Part shown: in pieces, positions 27,249-39,035 of the stretch
Layout of the letters: every line of letters begins with the position of its first letter
How positions within the stretch are numbered: the first letter of the stretch is position 1
Assembly (NCBI RefSeq): GCF_037042905.1
Contig: NC_087251.1
Span: forward strand, 48,734,001-48,798,000
DNA from: Lytechinus pictus
Lineage: Eukaryota
Direction of reading: 5' to 3'
Length of the DNA stretch: 64,000 nt
The notes under the pieces: model-generated
Told to the model about the DNA's origin: nothing
Seen by the model: the letters and a program-made list of their open reading frames with translations, nothing else
Databases searched by the model: none
Position numbers and translations under genes: made by a program

Positions 27249-28048
27249 CAGTGCGTCCCAGAAAACGAAACCGAGATTAAGCAATGATTTATCATAACTT
27301 AATCACAAATACAATAGACAAATGACCTACCAAAAAAGTACCAATGTAAAGCTTAGAATCTCTTCTTTCATTTGATATTACTTAGATTATTCCTCATTCA
27401 CGCATGAGTGAGCAAAAACAATTTGAAGAAAGGATACCAAAAACTCATTTGGCGGGGGTATATGAATTTCAAAAAGAAAATCACATGCCTAAAAAGTTCA
27501 ATATCTGCTCTTTTATTTGATACCTTAATCACAAAAATGGTCAAGAAGTAAAAAAGTTATATTCCCTCGAAACAATGCTTGTATTTCCATAATTTCATTA
27601 AATAAACGTGTTTTCACCGGTTTCTCACAGAAGCTATCGCATGGTAAACAAAAGGCTTAATGCATGGCTGATTGTCAACAAAACGGAGTGTCGAGTGAGT
27701 TTGAACCCTAGCCTGTAAAACCTCTTCATTTTATGAAATTATTGAAATTCAAGCCTTATTTCAAATAACCAGAACTTTGCTATTTCGTGACCAATTTCTG
27801 TAATTGAGGTATCAAATTAAAGAGCAGATATTGAACTTTTTAAAAATGTGGTTTTCTTTTTGAAACCCAGATACAGCTCGCCAAATGACTTTTTGGTATC
27901 TTCAAATTGTTTTTGCTCACTCATGCGTGAATGAAAAATAATCTAAGTAATTTCAGATGAAAGAGGAGATTCTAAGCTTTACAATGGTAGGTCATTTGTC
28001 TATTGTATTTATGATAAATCTCGGTTTCGCTTTTTGTGGGACGCACTG
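27249..28048. mobile_element. Tc1/mariner-derived MITE with long TIRs, copy 1
   Basis: TA|CAGTGCGTCCCA...TGGGACGCACTG|TA; long (about 250-300 bp) imperfect inverted arms; near-identical copy at 47672-48495. It is inserted in another CA(G/T)TGCGTATCAAAAAA-type element that starts at ~27168. Confidence 0.88.
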
Positions 28049-28744
28049 TATAATCTTAGGTTTGGGTCTCATCTATCCAATGAAAGTAAAAGTTTTGACA
28101 CTTGAGTGAGCACTGTCCATTTTTGTAAAGCTCGCAGAAATCTGTTTGCGCAGAAATGCTCGTTTTCACGCTGTGTCGAGGGGAAAGGGCGAAATCAAAT
28201 TTACACTTCGAAACATTTCTCATTCCTTTCCCTTGCACTTTTAGTCAATTGACATAAAACAGATACATTCAAGCATTTTGTAACAATACACTTAGTAAGC
28301 ACAACCTTTACCCTTTTTGTGCCAGCTGGATCTGAGGACATAACTAAATCTGAACAAAAGTTTATATCAGACATCTCCAGCATATTTTCATTTCTTTATC
28401 ATTTAAAGTGGGTTTACATTTCATTTTTTATTTAATACTTGTTTCTCCACACCTTTTCCAAGCTTGACAATGATTAACAAAATGAAAATCAAGCCTAAGC
28501 CATTTCATGTAAATCACAGCTCAGTGTAAAGCAAATATCGTCACAGCACCCCCAGTAACAATAGATAATCCTCCGTGGCCAGGTCCATGCCTATCTGGTG
28601 TAATAGTCCAAAATCAAACTGGTGTTGTTTAACACTTCTTTGATATGGACTAATAGATTCTGGGCTGGTGTGGTAAATCAAGTTTTTGCAGTGTGCATCG
28701 CTGTACATTTAACACCGATGTAAAATGAGTGTGTGTGTGTGTGT

Positions 28745-28883
28745 ATTATCAATCAGATATGATTATTTACGTCTGGGACCGATCTTTAACGTCGCCATCC
28801 GAAAGACGTGACCAGGGCTCGAACCTCGAACCTCTGCATCAATAATACCTTGATCCCCACATAGCTTGGATTACAGGCACACC
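28745..28883 (-). mobile_element. SINE fragment with 7SL-like head, B-box and Deu-domain-like segment
   Basis: Minus strand reads GGTGTGCCTGTAATCCAAGCTATGTGGGGA ... GGTTCGAGCCC ... CGTCTTTCGGATGGCGACGTTAAAGATCGGTCCC; followed by a (CA)n tract. Confidence 0.55.
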
Positions 28884-29179
28884 TGTTTTTGCTATGAAGA
28901 TAGCAGTCACAACTTTTTTTATCATTAATTTCGGTGCTTACATTTGTTCACCCATTATGTCACATGTGTCTAGCGTCAATTATCCAATGATGACTCTATT
29001 AGTGATGAAGACTGTGAATCGGGAGGACTGAACACATAAACGCCATATTGTGATTGATGGCAAAATACACAATTGATTCACTTGTTTCTAATTGTACGTC
29101 AAGGTTGTTGAAAATTTTGTGGAAAATTGAAAAAAAGATGAAATAAAAATATGCTGGTATGATTTGTTTACCATATCAG

Positions 29180-29362
29180 GGGGCCGTTCCATAAAGCTGT
29201 TCGTAAGTTAAGAGCGACTTAAAGAGCGACTGGTGAACATTTCTTACGCGCTTAACCATCGTCAATGAATATACCATTTCCCCCCGCATTTTCCACAAGA
29301 CAGGAAAACCAGTCGTTCTTAAAGTCGCTCTTAACTTACGAACAGCTTTATGAAACACCCAT
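29180..29362. mobile_element. MITE with ~55-bp TIRs (Harbinger-like, CWG flanks)
   Basis: CATAAAGCTGTTCGTAAGTTAAGAGCGACTT / AAGTCGCTCTTAACTTACGAACAGCTTTATG; CAG on the left flank, CTG on the right. Confidence 0.7.
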
Positions 29363-29625
29363 CTGACAGCGTACAGTTTAGATAACTGTCCTATAGTAAG
29401 TGTGTGGGCTGCAAAATATAAAGAGGGAAGCGACAAGTTTTACCTAGTACTGCATCTTTCCTACTGGAAAGAACACAGTGTCTCACGTTATGTCTACAGT
29501 GTGGATAAGTGTGAACTAGTGTGTCATCATTCACAGTGTGGAGCCTAATGTGAAATAACCTTTACAATACTCAATTTATAGCTTTTCTTCACAATGTTAA
29601 ATTTGCGCAATTTGCACATTGTCTC

Positions 29626-30039
29626 ACATTGAGTTTACGTAACATTGATTTTGTGTGAGATTGAGTTTGGGTGACATTGAGTTTGTGTGCTGTTGGATTT
29701 GGTCAACATTGAGTTTGTGTGACATTGAGTTTGTGTGACATTTGATTTGGGTGACACTGAGTTTGTGTGACATTGAGTTTGTGTGACATTGAGTGTGTGT
29801 GACATTGAGTTTGTGTGACATTGGGTTTGTGTGACATTGAGTTTGGGTGACATTGAGTTTGTGTGACATTGAGTTTGTGTGACATTGAGTTGTGTGACAT
29901 TGGGTTTGGGTGACATTGAGTTTGTGTGACATTGAGTTTGGGTGACATTGAGTTTGTGTGACAATGGGTTTGGGTGACATTGAGTTTGTGTGATATTGAG
30001 TTTGGGTGACATTGAGTTTGTGTGACATTGAGTTTGGGT
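29626..30039. repeat. 16-bp minisatellite, about 25 copies
   Basis: Unit GACATTGAGTTTG(T/G)GT repeated head to tail. This explains the repetitive ORFs in all three minus-strand frames. Confidence 0.95.
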
Positions 30040-30804
30040 GGTCCTTTTCAGGACCAACAATTGCCCACAAAGGCTGCATAGACCGTGAAACCCACATTTT
30101 CTTCGCTATTCAGAAGTTACAACATTGTGTGACACTTCAGTCTTTCCAACAGGATCGCTCTTCGTTCGTTTCTTTTTTTTTGTTGGTGTAAGGTTGATGT
30201 AAGCGAAAGCATCATAATTGATATATTTCAAAGCGATGGTATATTTTTCAGGAATAAAAGAGGAAATATTATTCCGAAAAAATTTCTTCCTAAGAAAACA
30301 TACAATTATATATTGATGGAATTCGGAGGGCATTTGGTATTTATATAACTCAAATTAAATAATAGTATTCTCTTTTGGTGTATGTTCTTTTTACAAAAAA
30401 AAATGGGCTGAAAAATATCCCAAAATGCACCTCCTGCTATTTGTAACCAGGAATAAATTATAATTACCATTACAGTTTATACTACGTTTTGTATACACCA
30501 CCAGCAATAATTACATCATCCCTTTAGCAGATTATATTTAGAAGATTGAATTTTCCATTATAAGCACAGGAGCACAGAAACGGCGCAATATATTAAGTAG
30601 TAACGATAATGATATGGCCTTGCAGAAAAGCAGCATCGATATTTTTACGTGTAATAACCACGATGAATGAAGTGCATTTATTATCATTATAATTACCATA
30701 TTTACGTACCCTGCAATTTCATGAACTGTCCGGTTTTTAACATTTTACTTTTTTTTCAATTTTAGTCTTTTGTTTGAACATTTTTTTTTGTATAAGTCTA
30801 TCAA

Positions 30805-31397
30805 AGGAGAATGAAACCCTTGAAACCAGCTGAATCCATATCAAAGAGAAAAATCAACGAAACATATTGTTGAAAGTTTGAGGAAGATTGAATGAATAAT
30901 AAGAAAGTTATGAGCATTTGAATATTGAGATCACTAATGCCATGTAGTTCCTCCCATTGGCAATGCGACCAAGATATGTGATGTCACACACGTACAACTC
31001 CCTCATTACTTTAGTACTTATTTCACTTATATTCTCACTTTTATAGAGTCTATCACAAGGTGAGGTGTTCTCTTTATGAGAGGACAAGTACAGAGGTTTC
31101 ACAACATTATATCATTGATTAATCGTATGTCATATGATTAGAATGAGCAAAAAGAGATGTTTTGGGGTATATTTTCAGTGTCCAAAAGGGGATAGTTGTT
31201 CATCTGTGACATCATAGCACTGATAGATCTTGGTCGCATTGCCAATGGGAGGATCTCCATAGCATTAGTGATCTCGACATTCAAATGCTCATAACTCTTC
31301 TATTGCTAGTCCTATTTTACTCAAACTTTTGTTGATCTTATTCTTTGATTTTTCTGCTTTTACAAAAGCTAACTTGCTCCAAGAGTTTCATTCTCCT
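30805..31397. mobile_element. Kolobok-type MITE
   Basis: TCAA|AGGAGAATGAAAC ... GTTTCATTCTCCT|TTAA (TTAA TSD with one mismatch, AGG...CCT termini); long internal inverted repeats at ~30905-30985 and ~31205-31295. Confidence 0.75.
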
Positions 31398-32086
31398 TTA
31401 ACTATTGCTCATCGCGTTTGGTTGCTTCGTAATAAAAGTGGAAATAAGAACAAATTGAAATAAATCCGTCTGGCACTCGGACTCGGCGTGCTTGAAAAGG
31501 CTTTGAACTGAGGCCACTGCACTTTTGCGTCTTATCTTTTATTTTCAATGCCATTCGACAAAGTGACACAAAGTCCAACAGGTAGAAAAACAAACATTAC
31601 ACATGCTCAGTATCATAAGGAATTATTACAACATGATTAAACATGTTAAAGCTTTATCAATAGATTGATCGAACAGTAATTGATCATGAAAGCAAGCCGT
31701 GAGAGATAATTTTATTTACATAACTGAAATATTTTTCAGGGTTATGGGACTCTAATTATATATAAGCGAAATTTATTCGCAATCATTGAGGATTGAATAT
31801 TAAAGTTGATTTCAAGCTGTCAAAGACATTTGATATTGTTTTGCCATTTTTAAAAGTTTGACGAATAGCCATTAAAGAATAGAAAGATGTATTATTTATT
31901 TGAATTCATGAAATCTGTTGTCCATAATTATAGCATAATATGATTGCCTAGATTTCCATTTGTTTTAAAGGTTCATGACGACTGAAACTGTGTTCTTATA
32001 GAATAAGGATATGAATAGATATATCTGATGATATAACAAATAATACATTAATACATTTTCTGGAATTTATATATCACATGACACTA

Positions 32087-33401
32087 CAGTGCGTATAAAA
32101 AAAACGGGACAGATTTGAAAAGTCTATAACATTTTTGTTTCAAATTATGATGTCTATATTTTGGTATTAATAGGTGTCCTAAGGTCTTATCTTTCAAATG
32201 TCTGGGGTTAAAAAGGAGGCTTGCGCCAAAATGGCATAAAATTATAAATATGATTAGACTTCTTGCTAATTAGCAGACTTCCTCTTAACCTTTTCATTAT
32301 CTTTGCCATAATTTTCAAATGATGCGGTCAAAATTTATTTTCAGATCTATTTATTTGCTTGAATTGTTATGTTGTTTATTTTTAATATGCTCTCTGTTAG
32401 CTTTGCATATTCCTTCTTCAAGCTAAAACAATTTTGTTTCAACCGAAGTATGGGAGAGCGTGGATTTTTTTTCAAATCCTTTCATTGTGTGCTACAAAGG
32501 TTATGGTGCCTTTTGAACAGTGCCACACATATTGGTGGGGGCTCGGGATGCCCCCTCCCCCTCAATTAAAAAAAATAATGACCAAGAAAAAAAAGTGGAC
32601 AGGAAATAAAAGGAAAGATAGAAAGTAAAATATGATATTATTTTCTGAATATCATGTCAAAATCTATCACAAAATTTGATATTGTAATAAAAAAGTGGGA
32701 ATATTTGCGTGCTCACTTCGCTCGCTCACAACTTTTTAATACATTTTACCCGATCTGCCATATCTAACTCCTTCAAAATTGACTCAATACACCATTGTCA
32801 TTGAAAGACATGAATCCCTTCCTGTTTGTCCTGTTAAGCATATGATTAAACTTGGTCAAGGAATCAATGACCCCTTGAAAAATAGATGCATGTCTTTTAA
32901 AGGTACATAACATAATTTGTTTCACATAATAAAAGGATTTGAATAATCACAAGTTTTCCCACTTAATAATGCAAATCTTTTTGCTTGGGTTGACAAAAAA
33001 TCTTCTTTTCTCAGTTACTTATGAAGGAAAATTAAAAGGTAAAAGAAGTTTAAATGAAAAAACAAAATGATTCAAGTAAATAAATAAATTTGTGAATAAA
33101 CTTTGACAGCATAATTCGAAAATTGTGGCACAGATAATGAAAAGGTCAAGAGGTAGTCTCCTGATTAGCGAGTAGTCTGATCATCATATTACTCATATTC
33201 TGCAATTCTGGCGCAAGCCTCTTTTTAAACCCCCAACAAAAACGTCCCGTGTTCGCTCAAGAATGAACAAAATTTATTTTTTTAATTGCATTTCAAAGAT
33301 AAGACCTCAGAGCACCTATTAACACCAAAATATAGACATCATAATTTGAAACAAAAATTTAATAGACTATTCAAATCTGTCCCGTTTTTTTATACGCACT
33401 G
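32087..33401. mobile_element. Tc1/mariner-derived non-autonomous element
   Basis: TA|CAGTGCGTATAAAAAAAACGGGACAGATTTGAA ... TTCAAATCTGTCCCGTTTTTTTATACGCACTG|TA; long imperfect inverted arms. Confidence 0.85.
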
Positions 33402-33963
33402 TATAGGTGGGCTGCTTGTATGTTCCCTCATAAAGTTAAAACTTTAAAAAAAATCCATAAATCCGTTAACATGTGCGATGGATTTTCGCCACATCTTTAG
33501 CAAAATCTTTTTTATATAGTTTTATTGGATTTTATCAAAATTATCAACATCGATCTGAGTGAACTTCATTTCCCATTTAAAGTTACATTATCAATATTCA
33601 CCCCCCCCCCCCCCCGGTATTATAGGCTACGACATCCATGATGGCCTCTTTCAAATATGTGAAATACAAATGTAATTACATCAGCATTGCAATGCAGGGT
33701 CAAATCTTACTTTTCAAAATAATTTTTGTTCTAGACATGTTCACTTCTTCAACTTAATCTGTAATTCAATTTTTCATTGTTTAACTTCATCATGTATGTT
33801 TTATTATGAATTGTAAAAGAAAACAAAAGCGGAGAAAATAAATTCAAATCAAATGAAATCATTTTTATTCATATAATATAAAATCAATATGATATAATTT
33901 AATATGACCTGCGCTATGTACAGATGTATTTATGTTCGTTTCCGAGTTTCCGCCACCTCAACG

Positions 33964-34163
33964 CATGACGGATTCAAGAACACATTAAATGTATTGAAAA
34001 TGTCCGTCAAATGACGAAGAACGACTCGGAGGTCTTTGTCGAAAATTCGTGAACCGGAACAGAATTTTTGTCCTACGTTTCGGAGCTGACGAAAAATTGC
34101 AGATATGTCGTTTGTCCAGAGTCAAGGATGAAACTGCTTTTCTATGTTCTTGAATCCGTTGTG
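33964..34163. mobile_element. MITE, copy 2 (internally deleted relative to 12724-12999)
   Basis: CATGACGGATTCAAGAAC / GTTCTTGAATCCGTTGTG; interior homologous to copy 1. Confidence 0.7.
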
Positions 34164-34877
34164 TGATGTGGAGCGAAAATTCCTAAATTGATGATGATAC
34201 TCATAACATTCGATTTCCATGTGTTTATCCGTATTGCTAGGATGTTCTCGGGATATTTTTTGCCTTCAGTGTTTTTTTTTTTTTAGGTTTGCATTTTAAT
34301 TTAGAAGAACAAAATTTGATTTAACCCGGTTAAGCATAACAATTTTAAACCTGGAATGATACAGGCAATTCACTTTTGGTGAAATAGAAATCAAGAAATA
34401 TTCATGTAATCATTTTATTCAAGTTCCTAAATACGTCATTGGAATAATTACTTGATATTAATTTCTTAGAGGAAACGTATATTTGATATGAAATGCACGC
34501 AACAATAACTATATAATCTTCTTTAAAAAAAATACACTTTACATCATTTGTACAGGCTTTACTTGGATAGTCAGAATGGTTAATTCTCTTAATCGAGTCC
34601 CGTTTATTTCAAGATTATCAATTTGATCTATATTGCTATTATTTGTATCATCAATGAATCGTATAATTTGTATACATTGAATAAAAATGAAACGAAATCA
34701 AACATTTTTTACATATCTTAACACGATATGCCAATAATGTAACGTAATACAAAATCATATTTGATAAAGTTTACTTTTATGCCAATTCGTTCGTAGGGGT
34801 AAAGTGATGTATTAGATATATCAAATTGAATACTAAATAGTGATATATTAAATATATTACGCTAGACAGCAATATTA

Positions 34878-35903
34878 TCAAATCTGTGTCAATCCACACA
34901 TGAGTCCAAATCCTGCCAGAAGACATAAGTATTTCAGAAGCCTATCATTTTTCCCTGCAAGTTCCACCGGGAGAAGTTCCACAAACGTCACAAACATGAA
35001 TGTCCCGGTGGCCAAACCCTGGAGAATTCCATTGACCAGTAGAGCATCAGCGTTGACCGACGGATCAGCGAGTGGAATGCCGATAGCGATCCCGAGTGGA
35101 GAAGCAAGAGAAAAGATCACGAGACTGCTCCACTTGAGAACAGTCCTCCCGGGTAACTGGGCGAACCGAAGCAGGACAGTGAAACTCTCGATGCCTTTAT
35201 GTATGGAGATGGCAATCAGTAAGTCTACCGTGTCACTTTTATCAAGCTGAAGGCCGAGAGCTAGTCCTTCGAAGATACTGTGTAAGGTAAGTGAGACAAG
35301 GAGGATGATAGCTCGGAAAGAAGAGATTGGTTGGAGGTCGTCAAGGCCTTGTCGAATCGTAATCGAGGATGTGACGGAAGCTGCTTCTGAGGCTTCGCTC
35401 TTGCAATCCGAAGGTGATCGTTGACGGAGCGTCCCGTAGTCGCTGTGAACACCAGTGTCCGAATCGCTGGCCGTAGACTTCACCAAGTTAGTTCGGTCAA
35501 TCGAGGTGTTGTCAGAGTCAGATGCCTCTGAACGCTCAAGACACAACATCATCACCTGCTCCACGAAGACAACAAGCAGGAAGCCCATACCAGCGGTGAA
35601 TCCCGCCCAGTCGAAACCATGGCTATGTCCATGTCCCCCTTCATCGTGGTCATGATCATGATGAGTAATGTTCAGCGACGTGTCGAAGATTATTCGAACC
35701 TCTGGGAGCAGATGAACAAGAGCGATGCTCAGGAATATTCCCGCTGCGGCAGAGTTCAGGAGACTAACAACACGTCTTGTAATGGCGCTTCCAGCCACCC
35801 CGTGCGAATGGGATCCGATACATAACAGGGGTATCAATCCTCCTACAAATGACAAGGCAAATAGCAATCCAATGCCAAGACCTTTCAAAGCAACGGTTTC
35901 CAT
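34878..35903 (-). CDS. ZIP (SLC39) family zinc/divalent metal transporter, ZIP1/2/3-like, intronless, 341 aa
   Basis: About 8 hydrophobic segments; G.FL..AL.HLLPE in TM2; metal-site motifs LHSIFEGLALG (TM4) and IHKGIES (TM5); SPLGIAIG; LQGLATGTFMFVTFVELL; His-rich loop. Confidence 0.95.
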   Translation of the reverse strand: METVALKGLGIGLLFALSFVGGLIPLLCIGSHSHGVAGSAITRRVVSLLNSAAAGIFLSIALVHLLPEVRIIFDTSLNITHHDHDHDEGGHGHSHGFDWAGFTAGMGFLLVVFVEQVMMLCLERSEASDSDNTSIDRTNLVKSTASDSDTGVHSDYGTLRQRSPSDCKSEASEAASVTSSITIRQGLDDLQPISSFRAIILLVSLTLHSIFEGLALGLQLDKSDTVDLLIAISIHKGIESFTVLLRFAQLPGRTVLKWSSLVIFSLASPLGIAIGIPLADPSVNADALLVNGILQGLATGTFMFVTFVELLPVELAGKNDRLLKYLCLLAGFGLMCGLTQI

Positions 35904-36103
35904 CCTAATCCTATTTTATATAATATTGCTCAGTTTCTAATAGAATTATTTCCAGGACCTCGCCAGGTTACACTTTAGGGGGCTTCAGCTTCTAGCAATC
36001 ATATACACTGCATTGTCCTACACGAAGCGTTAGGTCCAGAGCGAGTGGAACCTCGTTACGGTTAAAGTTGACGCTTGTGAGCTCGACGAGAGAATATTCC
36101 AAA

Positions 36104-36135
36104 GAATGAAATAATACTGTAGTTCTTATTTTATA
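36104..36135 (-). promoter_or_regulatory. Candidate TATA box plus initiator for the ZIP gene
   Basis: Minus-strand TATAAAA (36135-36129) lies 28 nt upstream of the A of TCATTC (36107), about 200 nt before the ATG. Confidence 0.4.
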
Positions 36136-36423
36136 ATACAGCTATGCTCCAGGGCCATGGTCGATTTCCAGATTGCGGGTCGATATACGCAACACAACAC
36201 AGTTTAGCCGTGTGATTTTACAACATGTGGTAATTTTTTGTTGTTCTCGAATCTAGTAGACAGAGAGCAGGCAGAAATAATAGGAAAAGCACTAGAGCAT
36301 GTTTGTCGGATCCCAAACACGAATGTTGGTAACTCGGCTTTGAAGGCATAAGCATGATAAGTGTACCAAAGGTATTAAACTACAACATGTACAATAGCTT
36401 TTAACAATATAGCAACGTAGGCC

Positions 36424-36544
36424 TAGTCTGCAGACTCAGACCCTGACGGTTTCCACTGTAGGGCCTTCAGTATACACAAGTCATCGTAGGCTGCGTATAT
36501 ATTCAGACGCCATAAATCGAGTTAAGGGTTTGCACAATAGACTA
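36424..36544. mobile_element. 121-bp MITE with TAG...CTA termini and 9-bp TSD (AcademH-like)
   Basis: TAGTCT...AGACTA; exact TSD ACGTAGGCC at 36415-36423 and 36545-36553. Confidence 0.7.
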
Positions 36545-37982
36545 ACGTAGGCCTATAGGTTCCCTTCGATATCATGAGAGTGAAATGATTGATAGGTCAG
36601 TGAACAAATACACATGACGGTGTGACCAAAGTCCACTTAATGTACAAAAGGTTTTGCCGTCCCATCCAGGGACATGTACGACGCATTGTTTGTTTTTCAT
36701 CATAGGACACAATACAGGGAACGGGGTCTGGTAGTGCATTCTGTTTAAAGTAACGTGTGCAAAAACGTGAATGGGCATTAAGTTATATGCATGTAGGTCT
36801 ATTTGTCGCATGTTCATCCATTCTTCTTTGGGTGACTAGCCCCGCATCTGGTTAGTAATTTCAAATATGTTTACATTAATCTGATTTCCACCTTTTCACT
36901 CTTTCTCTTTTTTTTTCTTTCCTGTATGATTAAGTCGACAATTTACTATTTTTTTTCATTTCCAATTAGGGAATACACACTTTACAAGCATTGTTTTTAA
37001 GGGACCCCCCCCCCCCCCATTTCCAATTATGCTCAATTTTATATTGTCTTTTTTATGAGGTAAGAACGTTAATCTGTAAAATTTTATCCGATTTATATTA
37101 CTTTGTATTATGTTTTACTTTGAATGGAAATGAAAGAATTGAATTGAATTCCATTTTGGGCCGACCCCCCTCCCCCCCCCCCCCCCCCCGAAAAAAATCC
37201 CCATGTTTCCATGCCCTGTGATTGTGAGTTGGGATATCAGGGCTGTTGACAGGGAGGGTGTAAGGAAAGAAATTTAAAGTAGAAAACTCCTTCATTCTCT
37301 CTATTATGAGACATCTGTTTTCTTTATATGAAATGTTATTCTTAAATTTCACCTTAAAAAGTGATGACTTATTTCGGAAAAAGATAGACTGCTTTTCAAT
37401 GAGGATAGCAATGTTTGAAAGTTGCAAAACATATTTTGCATGTGTGAAGTGGGCTTTGTTGTTCGCGCGGTTGAATAATTGTATGCTCGTGGAGATACGA
37501 TTTCTAGTGCGGTGGTTGCATGGGTGTCGATCACGGGGGGATGGGGGGGATATATCCCCCCCAATATTTCAAGTGGGGGGGATGGCCTGTATTATCATCC
37601 CCCCCAATAATTTAGGGTAGAAAAATTATAATAATGATGATAAAAAAATGAAAAGTTTGATCATGATGATTATAGTGATGATTATAGTATGCCATCAATC
37701 AGTTTGTTTCCCTCGCAATTTGTGTATATTGTTATTAAATAAAAACATTCTTTTTCAGGACTATTAAACAGATGGGTGGAGGTTCAAGATGAAAAAGAAT
37801 GAAATGTTTATGTATATGATATTTTTTAGCACATAACATAAAGGGACCCCAACGAAAAAATACTTTTGGTGTTCCATCCCACCTATGGTGAATAAATTAA
37901 TTTTAATAAATCAATTAATTCAAAAGGGTGGAAAAATAAACGAGAGTGAAAGGGTGGCAAGATAAATCGTCTAAGGAATGAC

Positions 37983-38011
37983 CATATAGCTATTACAGTA
38001 ATAGCTCTATG
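37983..38011. mobile_element. 29-bp palindromic mini-element with 7-bp TSD
   Basis: GAATGAC|CATATAGCTATTACAGTAATAGCTCTATG|GAATGAC; 14-bp arms with one mismatch. Confidence 0.65.
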
Positions 38012-38159
38012 GAATGACGGTAAGCCCGATGGCGCACGAGAAGCCACAAAGTTTGTAATTTGTGCTAGTCTTAATTGGTCCGAATCTGCATGTTATCATC
38101 ATGCATTAAGAAAAAAGATATTGCCAGTCGGGTTAGATTTAAGAGAGAAGTTGTATACA

Positions 38160-38883
38160 CAGAGGCGTCGATCCGGGGGGGGGGCACGGGGGCGATCGCC
38201 CCACCAATGAAAATATTTGGGGGGAGGATTATCGTTTTGCGCCCTCCCAATAATTCCGCATGTGCAATTAAAAAATAAAATAAGATTGTAATGCTACACT
38301 GAAACCAGCAAGCGAGATTGAGATACCAACTCGATTTTGATTTAAAATCGTGCTCAAAATGTCTGCTTTTCAGATTGGAATATAAAAATTTTCAGCTCGC
38401 GCTTCGCGCTCGCATCATTTCTGTACCAAAACCCCATACTTTTCATGATTAAATATAGGTGAATAGAATGTCCCGTTTTCAGTTCTATACCTCAAAAGAA
38501 CTCCCGCTTCGATTTGCAATAATCTTTAGTTGGATATATATCTTGTTCTTTATTAAAAGCGTCCATTAAACTGTCTTTTTTTTCCAGATCGAAATATCAA
38601 AATTTTCAGCTCGCGCTTTGCGCTCGCATCTATTGTTCTTCTAGATACCCATCTTAATCATTGGTACCAAAAATGCTTAGAATATCAAGCTTTCACGTCA
38701 GAATATAAAGAAATTTTAGCTCGCTCTCGAGTGAGATACATGTATCTATGCTCCTCATGAGTTACTACAAACAAACCTTAACAGGTACATTTTTCCTGTT
38801 TTCATGTCATACTAAAAAATTTCAGCTCGCGCTTCGCGCTCGCATTGTTGGTGAGGGTGAGATATGTGTCTCTTTCTCATGAG

Positions 38884-38929
<46 letters not shown>

Positions 38930-39035
38930 GTGTATGGGTGAGTTTTTTCGTTTTGTATGATCGAGCGCCTTTGGAACGTTGATTCATGATTTTGCCCCCC
39001 CCCCCCCCTATCTGAAAAATGGATCGACGCCCATG
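38160..39035. mobile_element. hAT-type MITE, copy 1 (nested)
   Basis: CAGAGGCGTCGATCC / GGATCGACGCCCATG; TSD TGTATACA at 38152-38159 and 39036-39043; closely related copy at 62269-63142; internal (TA)n. Confidence 0.9.

Noticed and set aside
28862..28880. Human Alu contamination
   Set aside because: Similarity covers only about 20-30 nt and continues into non-Alu B-box and Deu-like sequence; the flanks match the local repeat landscape.
29624..30097. Repetitive Cys/His-rich ORFs (157, 141 and 81 aa)
   Set aside because: By-products of a 16-bp minisatellite that is open in all three minus frames.
34900..35940. Plus-strand ORFs overlapping the ZIP gene (and similar ones over TMEM26 and the GPCRs)
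   Set aside because: Antisense shadows of real coding sequence with no independent protein features.
36755..36761. Metal response element (TGCACAC) upstream of the ZIP gene
   Set aside because: A single degenerate 7-mer about 850 bp upstream is expected by chance; no cluster was seen.
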